A stretch of DNA of 64,000 bases from a bacterium (GTDB taxonomy: Bacteria; SAR324; XYD2-FULL-50-16; G965216635). Positions 20,658 through 28,240 of the stretch are shown here, in pieces (the first letter of the stretch is position 1; each line of letters starts with the position of its first letter). Under the pieces are notes generated by a model. That model was not told the origin of the DNA. It did no database searches and saw nothing but the letters and a program-made list of their open reading frames with translations. The stretch lies in NCBI GenBank assembly GCA_965216635.1, contig OZ244188.1, forward strand, positions 2,016,001 through 2,080,000, given 5' to 3'. Both the position numbers and the translations under genes were made by a program.

Positions 20658-20710
20658 TTATAATAAATCATTCCAGCCGACCGCTTACGCGGTAAGTGGT
20701 TGTGTTGAGG
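20658..20710 (+). other. degenerate attC-like site 2
   Basis: TTATAAT-AAATC-ATTCCAGCCGACCGCTTACGCGG...GTTGAGG. Confidence 0.5.
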
Positions 20711-20731
20711 AATAAAATAGGAATGTTAAAA

Positions 20732-21037
20732 ATGAGTAAAATAAAAATCAATATCATATTTGTAGCACTAATATTGCTCGCTCCCAATATAAATGCGCAA
20801 GACTATCAAGGTAAATATTGCGAATTGGATGGTGCAGAAACCGATAGTGGCAAGAGTGTTACAGGAGAGTGCTACATGTATAGTGATAAGTACGGCGAAC
20901 TAGATGGTGCAGAAACCGAAGATGGTGAGTCGGTTTCTGGTGAGTGTTATCGTTATTCTAGACGGTATGCTGAATTAGAAAGCGCAGAAACCGAAGATGG
21001 TGAGTCGGTTTCTGGTGAGTGTTATTTTTACAAATAA
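20732..21037 (+). CDS. secreted Cys-containing repeat protein C, copy 1
   Basis: Signal peptide ending in NINA followed by three YxELDGAETEDGESVSGECY-like repeats. Confidence 0.75.
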   Translation: MSKIKINIIFVALILLAPNINAQDYQGKYCELDGAETDSGKSVTGECYMYSDKYGELDGAETEDGESVSGECYRYSRRYAELESAETEDGESVSGECYFYK

Positions 21038-21075
21038 AACTACTCTTAAAAAATCAAACTTCTCAAGGAATTATA

Positions 21076-21240
21076 ATGTTTATGTTTATCCCTTTTGGAA
21101 TGGTCTTGGCTCTTTTTACATTCATGGCTATTCACAGTCATTTTGCTCTGGCTGACATAGGTAAAGATGAAAGCAAAAAAAGTAGTAAAAAACCAAGAGT
21201 GAAATCAAAAGCAAAAGCAAAAAAATCTAAAATATTCTAG
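21076..21240 (+). CDS. peptide A, copy 2
   Basis: 54 aa, near identical to copy 1. Confidence 0.65.
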   Translation: MFMFIPFGMVLALFTFMAIHSHFALADIGKDESKKSSKKPRVKSKAKAKKSKIF

Positions 21241-21288
21241 CCAATAGATAACGTTATTACTGGTGGGATTCAAACACTAAATATACTT

Positions 21289-21561
21289 ATGAAAAAATTT
21301 TATTTTTATCCAAAAGACGAAAATGCTTTTAAAGACCAAGCTGTTAGGAATTTTGTTAGGACATTAATATTTGATGAACAGACTAATGCTATTCATAGCA
21401 GTTATACGCGTAAAGTTAGTAAAAAATGGGAACAAACTGTTAAAAATAATATAGAAAGTGACCAGAGAATTAAAGATTTGCAGAATGAAAATTATCAAAT
21501 TTATAGTTGGGTAGTAAAAACCAAATCTGATTTTTCTTTGCCTTTTTTTGGGGAAAAATAG
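21289..21561 (+). CDS. hypothetical protein B, copy 2
   Basis: 90 aa. Confidence 0.65.
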   Translation: MKKFYFYPKDENAFKDQAVRNFVRTLIFDEQTNAIHSSYTRKVSKKWEQTVKNNIESDQRIKDLQNENYQIYSWVVKTKSDFSLPFFGEK

Positions 21562-21572
21562 TATTAGTTTTT

Positions 21573-21627
21573 TTACAACAAATCATTTCAGTCAATTACT
21601 AATGCTTTGGCTAAATTTGAGGTAGGC
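21573..21627 (+). other. degenerate attC-like site 3 (best preserved)
   Basis: TTACAAC...ATTT(C)AGTCAA...TTGGCTAAAT...GTAGGC; arms pair with one extra base on the left arm. Confidence 0.65.
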
Positions 21628-21648
21628 ATTAAAATCAGGAGCTAGAAT

Positions 21649-21984
21649 ATGTATTCAGCAGCATTTATTTTTGAACCAGGGAACTATGACGATGAGTTTT
21701 ATTCTTTGGATAAGAAAATACACGAAATAGCGGAATCTATGAAAGGATTTCTTGGCAGAGAATCGTGGCAAACCGCAGACGGAAAAAGAGTAAATTCAAC
21801 TTACTATTGGGAAAATGAAGAAGTTTTGAAAGCCTTTTCAAGACACCCCAAACATCTTGAAGCAAAACGGCAATATACTAAGTGGTACAAAGGATTTCAC
21901 ATTGTTATATCTGAAATTCAACATTCGTATGGAGATGGTTATTTTTCCCATATTACTCCTAATAGCAGAGCAAAACATAGCTAA
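21649..21984 (+). CDS. antibiotic biosynthesis monooxygenase (ABM) family protein (cargo D)
   Basis: GFLGRESW...TYYWENEE...HPKHLEAKR...WY pattern. Confidence 0.8.
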   Translation: MYSAAFIFEPGNYDDEFYSLDKKIHEIAESMKGFLGRESWQTADGKRVNSTYYWENEEVLKAFSRHPKHLEAKRQYTKWYKGFHIVISEIQHSYGDGYFSHITPNSRAKHS

Positions 21985-22121
21985 TAAAAACTCTTATGAA
22001 AGAAAAACAGATTACAGAAACAATAGCCCTATCTTTATTTTGGTTTGACAGTACTAAGCGGGCTTGTTTTCTTAGCCTTTGATTTTTACTTTAAGATACT
22101 TAAACTTCTCAAGAAACTATA

Positions 22122-22280
22122 ATGTTTATGTTTATCCCTTTTGGAATGGTCTTGGCTTTTTTTACATTTATAGCTATTCACAGCCATTTTGCTCTGGCTG
22201 ACATAGGTAAAGATGAAAGCAAAAAAAGTAGTAAAAAACCAAGAGCGAAATCAAAAGCAAAAAAATCTAAAATATTCTAG
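22122..22280 (+). CDS. peptide A, copy 3
   Basis: 52 aa, in-frame 6-bp deletion in the Lys-rich tail. Confidence 0.65.
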   Translation: MFMFIPFGMVLAFFTFIAIHSHFALADIGKDESKKSSKKPRAKSKAKKSKIF

Positions 22281-22328
22281 CCAATAGATAACGTTATTAC
22301 TGGTGGGATTCAAACACTAAATATACTT

Positions 22329-22601
22329 ATGAAAAAATTTTATTTTTATCCAAAAGACGAAAATGCTTTTAAAGACCAAGCTGTTAGGAATTTTGTTAGG
22401 ACATTAATATTTAATGAACAGACTAATGCTATTTATAGCAGTTATACGCGTAAAGTTAGTAAAAAATGGGAACAAACTGTTAAAAATAATATAGAAAGTG
22501 ACCAGAGAATTAAAGATTTGCCGAATGAAAATTATCAAATTTATAGTTGGGTAGTAAAAACCAAATCTGATTTTTCTTTGCCTTTTTTGGGGGAAAAATA
22601 G
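22329..22601 (+). CDS. hypothetical protein B, copy 3
   Basis: 90 aa. Confidence 0.65.
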   Translation: MKKFYFYPKDENAFKDQAVRNFVRTLIFNEQTNAIYSSYTRKVSKKWEQTVKNNIESDQRIKDLPNENYQIYSWVVKTKSDFSLPFLGEK

Positions 22602-22612
22602 TATTAGTTTTT

Positions 22613-22665
22613 TTACAACAAATCATTCCAGCCGACCGCTTACGCGGTAAGTGGTTGTGTTGAGG
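22613..22665 (+). other. degenerate attC-like site 4
   Basis: TTACAAC-AAATC-ATTCCAGCCGACCGCTTACGCGG... Confidence 0.5.
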
Positions 22666-22686
22666 AATAAAATAGGAATGTTAAAA

Positions 22687-22992
22687 ATGAGTAAAATAAA
22701 AATCAATATCATATTTGTAGCACTAATATTGCTCGCTCCCAATATAAATGCGCAAGACTATCAAGGTAAATATTGCGAATTGGATGGTGCAGAAACCGAT
22801 AGTGGCAAGAGTGTTACAGGAGAGTGCTACATGTATAGTGATAAGTACGGCGAACTAGATGGTGCAGAAACCGAAGATGGTGAGTCGGTTTCTGGTGAGT
22901 GTTATCGTTATTCTAGACGGTATGCTGAATTAGAAAGCGCAGAAACCGAAGATGGTGAGTCGGTCTCTGGTGAGTGTTATTTTTACAAATAA
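22687..22992 (+). CDS. secreted repeat protein C, copy 2
   Basis: Protein identical to copy 1. Confidence 0.75.
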   Translation: MSKIKINIIFVALILLAPNINAQDYQGKYCELDGAETDSGKSVTGECYMYSDKYGELDGAETEDGESVSGECYRYSRRYAELESAETEDGESVSGECYFYK

Positions 22993-23030
22993 AACTACTC
23001 TTAAAAAATCAAACTTCTCAAGAAATTATA

Positions 23031-23180
23031 ATGTTTATGTTTATCCCTTTTGGAATGGTCTTGGCTTTTTTTACATTTATAGCTATTCACAGCCATTTTG
23101 CTCTGGCTGACATAGGTAAAGATGAAAGCAAAAAAAGTAATAAAAAACCAAGAGCAAAATCAAAATCAAAAACAAAATAA
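23031..23180 (+). CDS. peptide A, copy 4
   Basis: 49 aa, divergent tail. Confidence 0.6.
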   Translation: MFMFIPFGMVLAFFTFIAIHSHFALADIGKDESKKSNKKPRAKSKSKTK

Positions 23181-23242
23181 CAAAACCAAAAAAGCAGATA
23201 ATTTTATTTGCAAGGCAGATATAGGTCTGCTCCTACAACAAA

Positions 23243-24268
23243 TCACCTAATAGCAGTTTTCCACTGTCGCAACCATTTCCTTTGTTTTTTTGTGATGGCT
23301 TTTTCGTCCAAAAGAGGTAGAGTTTTTGGCTCTTTATCAAATTCCTTAGGAAAGTTTTTATAGGCTATGACTGGATACATCCAATTGCTTGTAGGAATAG
23401 CATTTTGAAAATCTTCGCTTAGCATAAAATCAATAAACTCTTGAGCCAACTCTAAATTTTTACTTTTTTTAGATATTGTAGCAAATTCTATTTGTGGGTA
23501 GTGCCCTTCTGCAAAAATAGCTGCCTTATATTTTTTCTCCCCTTCCACAATTTTGTGATAAGCAGAGCTAGTCACATAGCTCAAAACTATCGGGGTTTCT
23601 CCCTTGACAAACATTCCATAAGCAGCAGACCACCCGCTAGTGATATTGATCAGGTTCGGGGATAATTTTTGCCAATAATCTACAAAGCCTTTTTCTCCAA
23701 ATTTCAGAATAGTCCAGTGTAAAAAAGAAAGTCCGGGTGCAGAAGAAACAGGGCTCTCTATCACTATTTTTTTGCGAAATCTTTTATCGGTTAAATCTTT
23801 TAAAGAACGCGGTGGATTTTTTATTTTTTCACTATCGTAGATAAAAGCCAAATGTCCATAATCAAAAGGGATAAATCTTTTTTTTTCGTCTAGCTGAAAA
23901 TTTTTTTCTAACTTGGAATAAAGTTTTCCTCCATAGCTGGCAAATAGATCTAATTTTTTTAGTTTGGCAAGGTGGGTGTCGTTTAAGCCGAGTAAAATAT
24001 CCGCTTTGCTAGATTTGTTTTTGCTGTTTTTTTGCTCTAAGGTAAACCGAGCCAAAAGCTGTCCCGTGTCTTCTAATGTGACAATTTTGAGTTTGCAGCT
24101 GCATTTTTTTTCAAAAAGAGGAAATACCTTAGGCCCTGGTCCCCATTCGGAATTGAAAGAACTGTAAGTATAAATTGTTAAATCATTCGCTACTGCAGAA
24201 AAAGGCAACAGTAAAAAAATCAACGGCGAAAAAATCAAGCAAAACAAAAAGGAGATTTTTTTTATCAT
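23243..24268 (-). CDS. thiB: thiamine ABC transporter substrate-binding protein
   Basis: TIYTYSSFNSEWGPGP, PFDYG, WSAAYGMF, SYVTS, NWMYPV; TPP riboswitch upstream. Confidence 0.92.
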   Translation of the reverse strand: MIKKISFLFCLIFSPLIFLLLPFSAVANDLTIYTYSSFNSEWGPGPKVFPLFEKKCSCKLKIVTLEDTGQLLARFTLEQKNSKNKSSKADILLGLNDTHLAKLKKLDLFASYGGKLYSKLEKNFQLDEKKRFIPFDYGHLAFIYDSEKIKNPPRSLKDLTDKRFRKKIVIESPVSSAPGLSFLHWTILKFGEKGFVDYWQKLSPNLINITSGWSAAYGMFVKGETPIVLSYVTSSAYHKIVEGEKKYKAAIFAEGHYPQIEFATISKKSKNLELAQEFIDFMLSEDFQNAIPTSNWMYPVIAYKNFPKEFDKEPKTLPLLDEKAITKKQRKWLRQWKTAIR

Positions 24269-24334
24269 AATTAGTATAAATTATTATCAAGGGGAAAATA
24301 AAATTCTCTAGGGATGATAAAAAAAGGGATGCTC

Positions 24335-24418
24335 AAAAAATTTCCTTCGTCGGCATTATCCGAATCAGGTTCAAAGGGTTTGTTCTCAGGCTTTCTTTTT
24401 TTGCCACCCCTAGAGATA
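24335..24418 (-). ncRNA. TPP riboswitch
   Basis: Minus strand CTAGGGGTG...CTGAGA...ACCCTTTGAACCTGATTCGGATAATGCCGACGAAGGAA. Confidence 0.95.
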
Positions 24419-24513
24419 ACATTATTTTTAGACTAGAATTTTTTTTTAAGCAATAAAAAAATTTTTGCTTTTAGTGGTGGTTTTTCTTAAACTAGAAGGA
24501 AAAATAGTATTCC

Positions 24514-24623
24514 TACTTTTAAGATGATTCAATTTCTACAGGCGCAATTTTTACAGGCGCAATTTCTACAGGCGCAATTTTTACTTTTAAGATGATTCAA
24601 TTTTTACAGGCGCAATTTCTACA
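24514..24623 (+). repeat. 15-bp tandem repeat and duplicated gene start
   Basis: CAATTTYTACAGGCG units; TACTTTTAAGATGATTCAATTT occurs twice. Confidence 0.85.
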
Positions 24624-25602
24624 AGAGCAGTGGTTTTTTTTGCTTATAGCTTTTTTTGTTGGCACATTGGGAGCTGGAGTGGTTGCTAGGTGGGGAAAAA
24701 AATTATTTTTAGTAGATATTCCTGTAGAAAGGAGCTCCCATAAAAAAAAAACCACTAAAGGAGGAGGCATAGGTATAGTTTTGGTTGCTCTCGGCTACGC
24801 AATTTATAATCCTTTATTTTCTTGGGTTTTTCCACTAGTTGCTTTAGCTCTTTTTTCTTTTTATGGGGATCGCAAAGAAATATCTTTCAAATGGAGACTT
24901 TTTTTTCAGTTTGTTTTTATTTTTTTTAGTTTAGTTTTTGCTTCTGTTTTCATACAAACAGCGGATTTTTTTCAGTTTTCTTTTTTGTGGATTTTTTTTA
25001 TTTTATTTATTAGCGGCACTGCCAATTTTTTTAATTTTATGGATGGTATAGATGGAATTGCTAGTATTACGGCGATTGTAGCTTTTGTCGCTTTGGGATT
25101 TTTTGCATTTTCCAAAGAGACTAACCAAGAGTGGCAATTTTTTTGTTTTTTAATTATTTTCGCTATTGGTGGATTTTTACCTTGGAATTTTTTTTTACCG
25201 AAAGTATTTATGGGAGATGTAGGCAGTATATTTTTAGGAACTACGATTGCTTGCTCTATTGTGTTTTTAGCGCAAAATTGGTTTGATTTTTTTATACTCT
25301 GTTCTATATTATTTCCGTTTTATGCGGACTGTCTGCTGACTTTGATAGCCAAAAAAATAAGAAAAATTCCTTTGAACCAACCGCACCGCATACACCTTTA
25401 CCAAATACTTGCCAACGAAGCGAAACTAGGGCATTTCAAAGTAACTCTTTTTTATGCTAGTTTTCAAATTATTTTTATCTTGCTTGTTTTTTCTTTTGCA
25501 AAAAATCTGAAGGAATTGGTTTGGTGGCTTTTTGCAATATTTAGTTTTATTATTTTGCTTTACTTTTATTTAAGACAAAAAATTATCAACCGCTTTTTTT
25601 AA
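24592..25602 (+). CDS. glycosyltransferase family 4 (WecA/WbpL-like undecaprenyl-phosphate sugar-1-phosphate transferase)
   Basis: RSSH...GGG, NFFNFMDGIDG, FMGDVGS, HRIHLYQ. Confidence 0.9.
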   Translation: MIQFLQAQFLQEQWFFLLIAFFVGTLGAGVVARWGKKLFLVDIPVERSSHKKKTTKGGGIGIVLVALGYAIYNPLFSWVFPLVALALFSFYGDRKEISFKWRLFFQFVFIFFSLVFASVFIQTADFFQFSFLWIFFILFISGTANFFNFMDGIDGIASITAIVAFVALGFFAFSKETNQEWQFFCFLIIFAIGGFLPWNFFLPKVFMGDVGSIFLGTTIACSIVFLAQNWFDFFILCSILFPFYADCLLTLIAKKIRKIPLNQPHRIHLYQILANEAKLGHFKVTLFYASFQIIFILLVFSFAKNLKELVWWLFAIFSFIILLYFYLRQKIINRFF

Positions 25603-25607
25603 AAAAA

Positions 25608-26561
25608 ATGAAAATAAAAATAAAAATACCCGCCTCTAGTGCTAATTTAGGTTCGGGGTTTGATTGTCTTTCTGTGGCTCTCAATCTTTACAATTTTTAC
25701 GAATTTGAAACTCATACAAAAGAAATCAAGCAAAGTTATACTTCAGATATTTCTCAATTTTCTCTAAAAGAAGATTTGGTTGAAAAAGCCTATTTGAAAA
25801 ATTGCCAGCAGTATGGTTTAGAAACTATTCCGTTTCATTTGCATTGTTACGCACAAATTCCATCTGCTATAGGGTTGGGCTCTTCTGCGAATGCGGTTTT
25901 AGCAGGAGTGCTTTTAGCAAAAATCGTTCACAAAAGAAAAATAGATAAAGCAGAAGTTTTACAAGATGCACTTGTTTTAGAAAATCATCCCGATAATATT
26001 GCAAGCTGTCTTTATGGAGGTTTTAATATTTCCATATTGAAAAACAAACAGCTAAAGAACAACCAGCTAAAAAACAAACAGCTAAAAAAAAATAGCCAGC
26101 AAAACAATGCAGCAAAAAATTTTCACTATCCCATCACAGAAAAGCTGCACTGCATTTTTTTACAACTGAATGGAACGAGTGAAACAAAAGAAAATAGAAG
26201 ACAACTTCCCAAAGAATACTCCAGTGAAGATGTGGTTTTTAACCTAGGACGTTCGGCTTTAACTGCGGCTGCTTTTGTGAGCCAAAATTTTCCTCTTTTA
26301 AAAGAAGGAACTCAAGATAGACTACACCAGCCTTACCGTTTCCGCGATAATTTAGCCATAGCCGATTTAGAGCAAAAACTTTTAGGAGAAGATTTTTTTG
26401 GATTAGCTTTGAGCGGCAGCGGTCCTTCTTTGATTGTTTTTTGTAGTGTTATTTCACAGAGAATTTTATGTGTTTTAGACGAGTATTTTTCTGCAAAAAA
26501 AGAGGATTTTAAACTCATGCATTTAAAAATTGATAATCAAGGAGCGGTGATAGAATCTTAA
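25608..26561 (+). CDS. thrB: homoserine kinase
   Basis: PASSANLGSGFD, GLGSSA, HPDN, LHQPYR, LSGSGPS. Confidence 0.94.
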   Translation: MKIKIKIPASSANLGSGFDCLSVALNLYNFYEFETHTKEIKQSYTSDISQFSLKEDLVEKAYLKNCQQYGLETIPFHLHCYAQIPSAIGLGSSANAVLAGVLLAKIVHKRKIDKAEVLQDALVLENHPDNIASCLYGGFNISILKNKQLKNNQLKNKQLKKNSQQNNAAKNFHYPITEKLHCIFLQLNGTSETKENRRQLPKEYSSEDVVFNLGRSALTAAAFVSQNFPLLKEGTQDRLHQPYRFRDNLAIADLEQKLLGEDFFGLALSGSGPSLIVFCSVISQRILCVLDEYFSAKKEDFKLMHLKIDNQGAVIES

Positions 26562-26576
26562 ACGATAAAATTTTAG

Positions 26577-27815
26577 ATGATGAAATTCCTAGAAAAAGAG
26601 CTAATCTTTGTAACACAAGAAAAATTTTATCAAATCCAGCTTTCTCAAAAACAAAAAATAGACTCGGAATCTTATCAGTTAGTTTTAAAGCAGGTAGACG
26701 AAAAATTTTTACGAAGTTTTTCTTTTAAAAAAATTTTACTGGGTTATCCCTATGTAAATATATTTTTACCTCTAGTTCCCACTCCCCACAAAAAAGAATA
26801 CCAAAATTTAGCCGATTTTTTTTTGCCTAAAGAAATATTTTCTAATGCTCTGCCCCAATATATTCAGATTTTCCCCATAAATGATACTTCTGTTCGCTAT
26901 GTGCATTACCAATTAACACAGCAAGGAAAAGCCCTTATTAAAAAATTTCCTTTTCAATGTAGGTGGGAATTTATGTTTTCTTTTTTTTCAAAAAAGCTAT
27001 TTTTAAACGCCAACCAGCTAGACAAGAATTTGGCTCTTTTTTTTGAAAATGAAATTATTTTAGTTCAAAAATACTTTTCCGATTTACACTACCTCGCTAA
27101 TTCTAGGAATTTAACTCAGGCTAAATTTTTAGAATTGGCAAAGTATGTTTTTCCATTCCAAGCCAACGAAAATTACCATTTTAAAACTTTGATTAGTTCT
27201 ATAGAACTAGATTCTTTTGAAGAAGCCCAAACAGAAATATCACTTCAAAATAGTTTTTCTAATCGCGGGCTTTCTTTTTCTTGGAGTGATTTTTTTTATC
27301 GCAGACCGGCACTTATCAAAAGAGCTACTACAAAATTTAAAAAAATTAGAATTTTAAAATTTTTACCCAAAATAGCTGTTGTTTTTATCTTGTTAGCAGG
27401 CAGTCATTTTTCTTATAATTTTTATCTTTTAAACCAACTAAAAAAAGAGTTAAAAGAAATAAGAAATTATAGTTCGGTTGCTCAAGACAAGGTTGCAACC
27501 CAGTTTGTAGCGAAGGGCAAAATAATTTTGCAAAGCAAAGTTTTAGCAATGCTTATAAAAGAGCAGAGCGTTTTACCCTCAGGGATTTTTGAAGACCTGG
27601 ACGATTGGCTAGGAAAAAATAGCTGGCTGGTTTCTTTAGACATAAAGCAAAAAGAAGTAAAAATGCAAATTGCATCTACAAATTCAAATTTTGCAGAAAA
27701 AAAACAGGCAGACTTGAGTTTGTTTTTCAAAGACAAAAGAATTACCCTTCAAAAAAAAGGAGAGCAAAGAAAAGGTAAGCAAAAAATTTATTTTTTTGAT
27801 ATACTAGTCAATTAA
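26577..27815 (+). CDS. hypothetical bitopic membrane protein, possibly GspL/PilN-like
   Basis: Single TM helix at about aa 265-285 followed by a helical/coiled segment and WLVSLDI; family assignment weak. Confidence 0.5.
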   Translation: MMKFLEKELIFVTQEKFYQIQLSQKQKIDSESYQLVLKQVDEKFLRSFSFKKILLGYPYVNIFLPLVPTPHKKEYQNLADFFLPKEIFSNALPQYIQIFPINDTSVRYVHYQLTQQGKALIKKFPFQCRWEFMFSFFSKKLFLNANQLDKNLALFFENEIILVQKYFSDLHYLANSRNLTQAKFLELAKYVFPFQANENYHFKTLISSIELDSFEEAQTEISLQNSFSNRGLSFSWSDFFYRRPALIKRATTKFKKIRILKFLPKIAVVFILLAGSHFSYNFYLLNQLKKELKEIRNYSSVAQDKVATQFVAKGKIILQSKVLAMLIKEQSVLPSGIFEDLDDWLGKNSWLVSLDIKQKEVKMQIASTNSNFAEKKQADLSLFFKDKRITLQKKGEQRKGKQKIYFFDILVN

Positions 27816-27871
27816 TAGACTAAAATTTGTTGTTTTTACGAAATTAGTTTATGATTTAACAAATTTTATAA

Positions 27872-27962
27872 CAAACGAATTAGGCATTATAGGAAGGCTA
27901 GCCAAATGGTTAGAAAAGTGCAAAAAAATTTTTTTTTTTTAACGCCGTATAGCCGAACTAGA
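27872..27962. repeat. palindromic element E3
   Basis: GAATTAGGCATTATAGGAAGGCTAGCCAAATGGTTAGAA...GCCGAACTAGA. Confidence 0.75.
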
Positions 27963-28002
27963 TTAAATAAGCAAAATATCTAATAACAAATTTTATAACA
28001 AA

Positions 28003-28231
28003 TGAATTAGGCATTCTAGGAAGGCTAGACAAGGCGAAAAAAATTTTTAGCTCGCAGGAATATATAGAATATTTCAAGAGTTAAAATTTTTTTTTAACAG
28101 CGTAGTACTAAACACTACAAAACTTAACGTTCAGCAAGAGTGAAATGTGAAATAGCCACTGGCTGTTTCACAAATAGCCTGTCTGAAGTTTTAAGCAATA
28201 AGCCTGTTTTGCCGAACTAGAATGCCTAATT
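28003..28231. repeat. palindromic element E4
   Basis: AATTAGGCATTCTAG / CTAGAATGCCTAATT termini; inverted homolog of 40633-40918. Confidence 0.85.
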
Positions 28232-28240
28232 AAAAAAAAG

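Larger units (their letters stand above)
20148..23180 (+). repeat. array of ~520-bp A-B repeats alternating with cargo genes
   Basis: Near-identical units start at about 20148, 21060 and 22106, with a partial unit at 23015. Confidence 0.92.

Noticed and set aside
20696..20731. GTG start of protein C and the extended starts of peptide A (21019, 22974)
   Set aside because: They fall in the attC-like site or the upstream gene; only the downstream ATGs are shared by all copies
20148..23180. CRISPR array
   Set aside because: Repeat units are ~520 bp and protein-coding, the intervening segments are whole genes, and no cas genes are present
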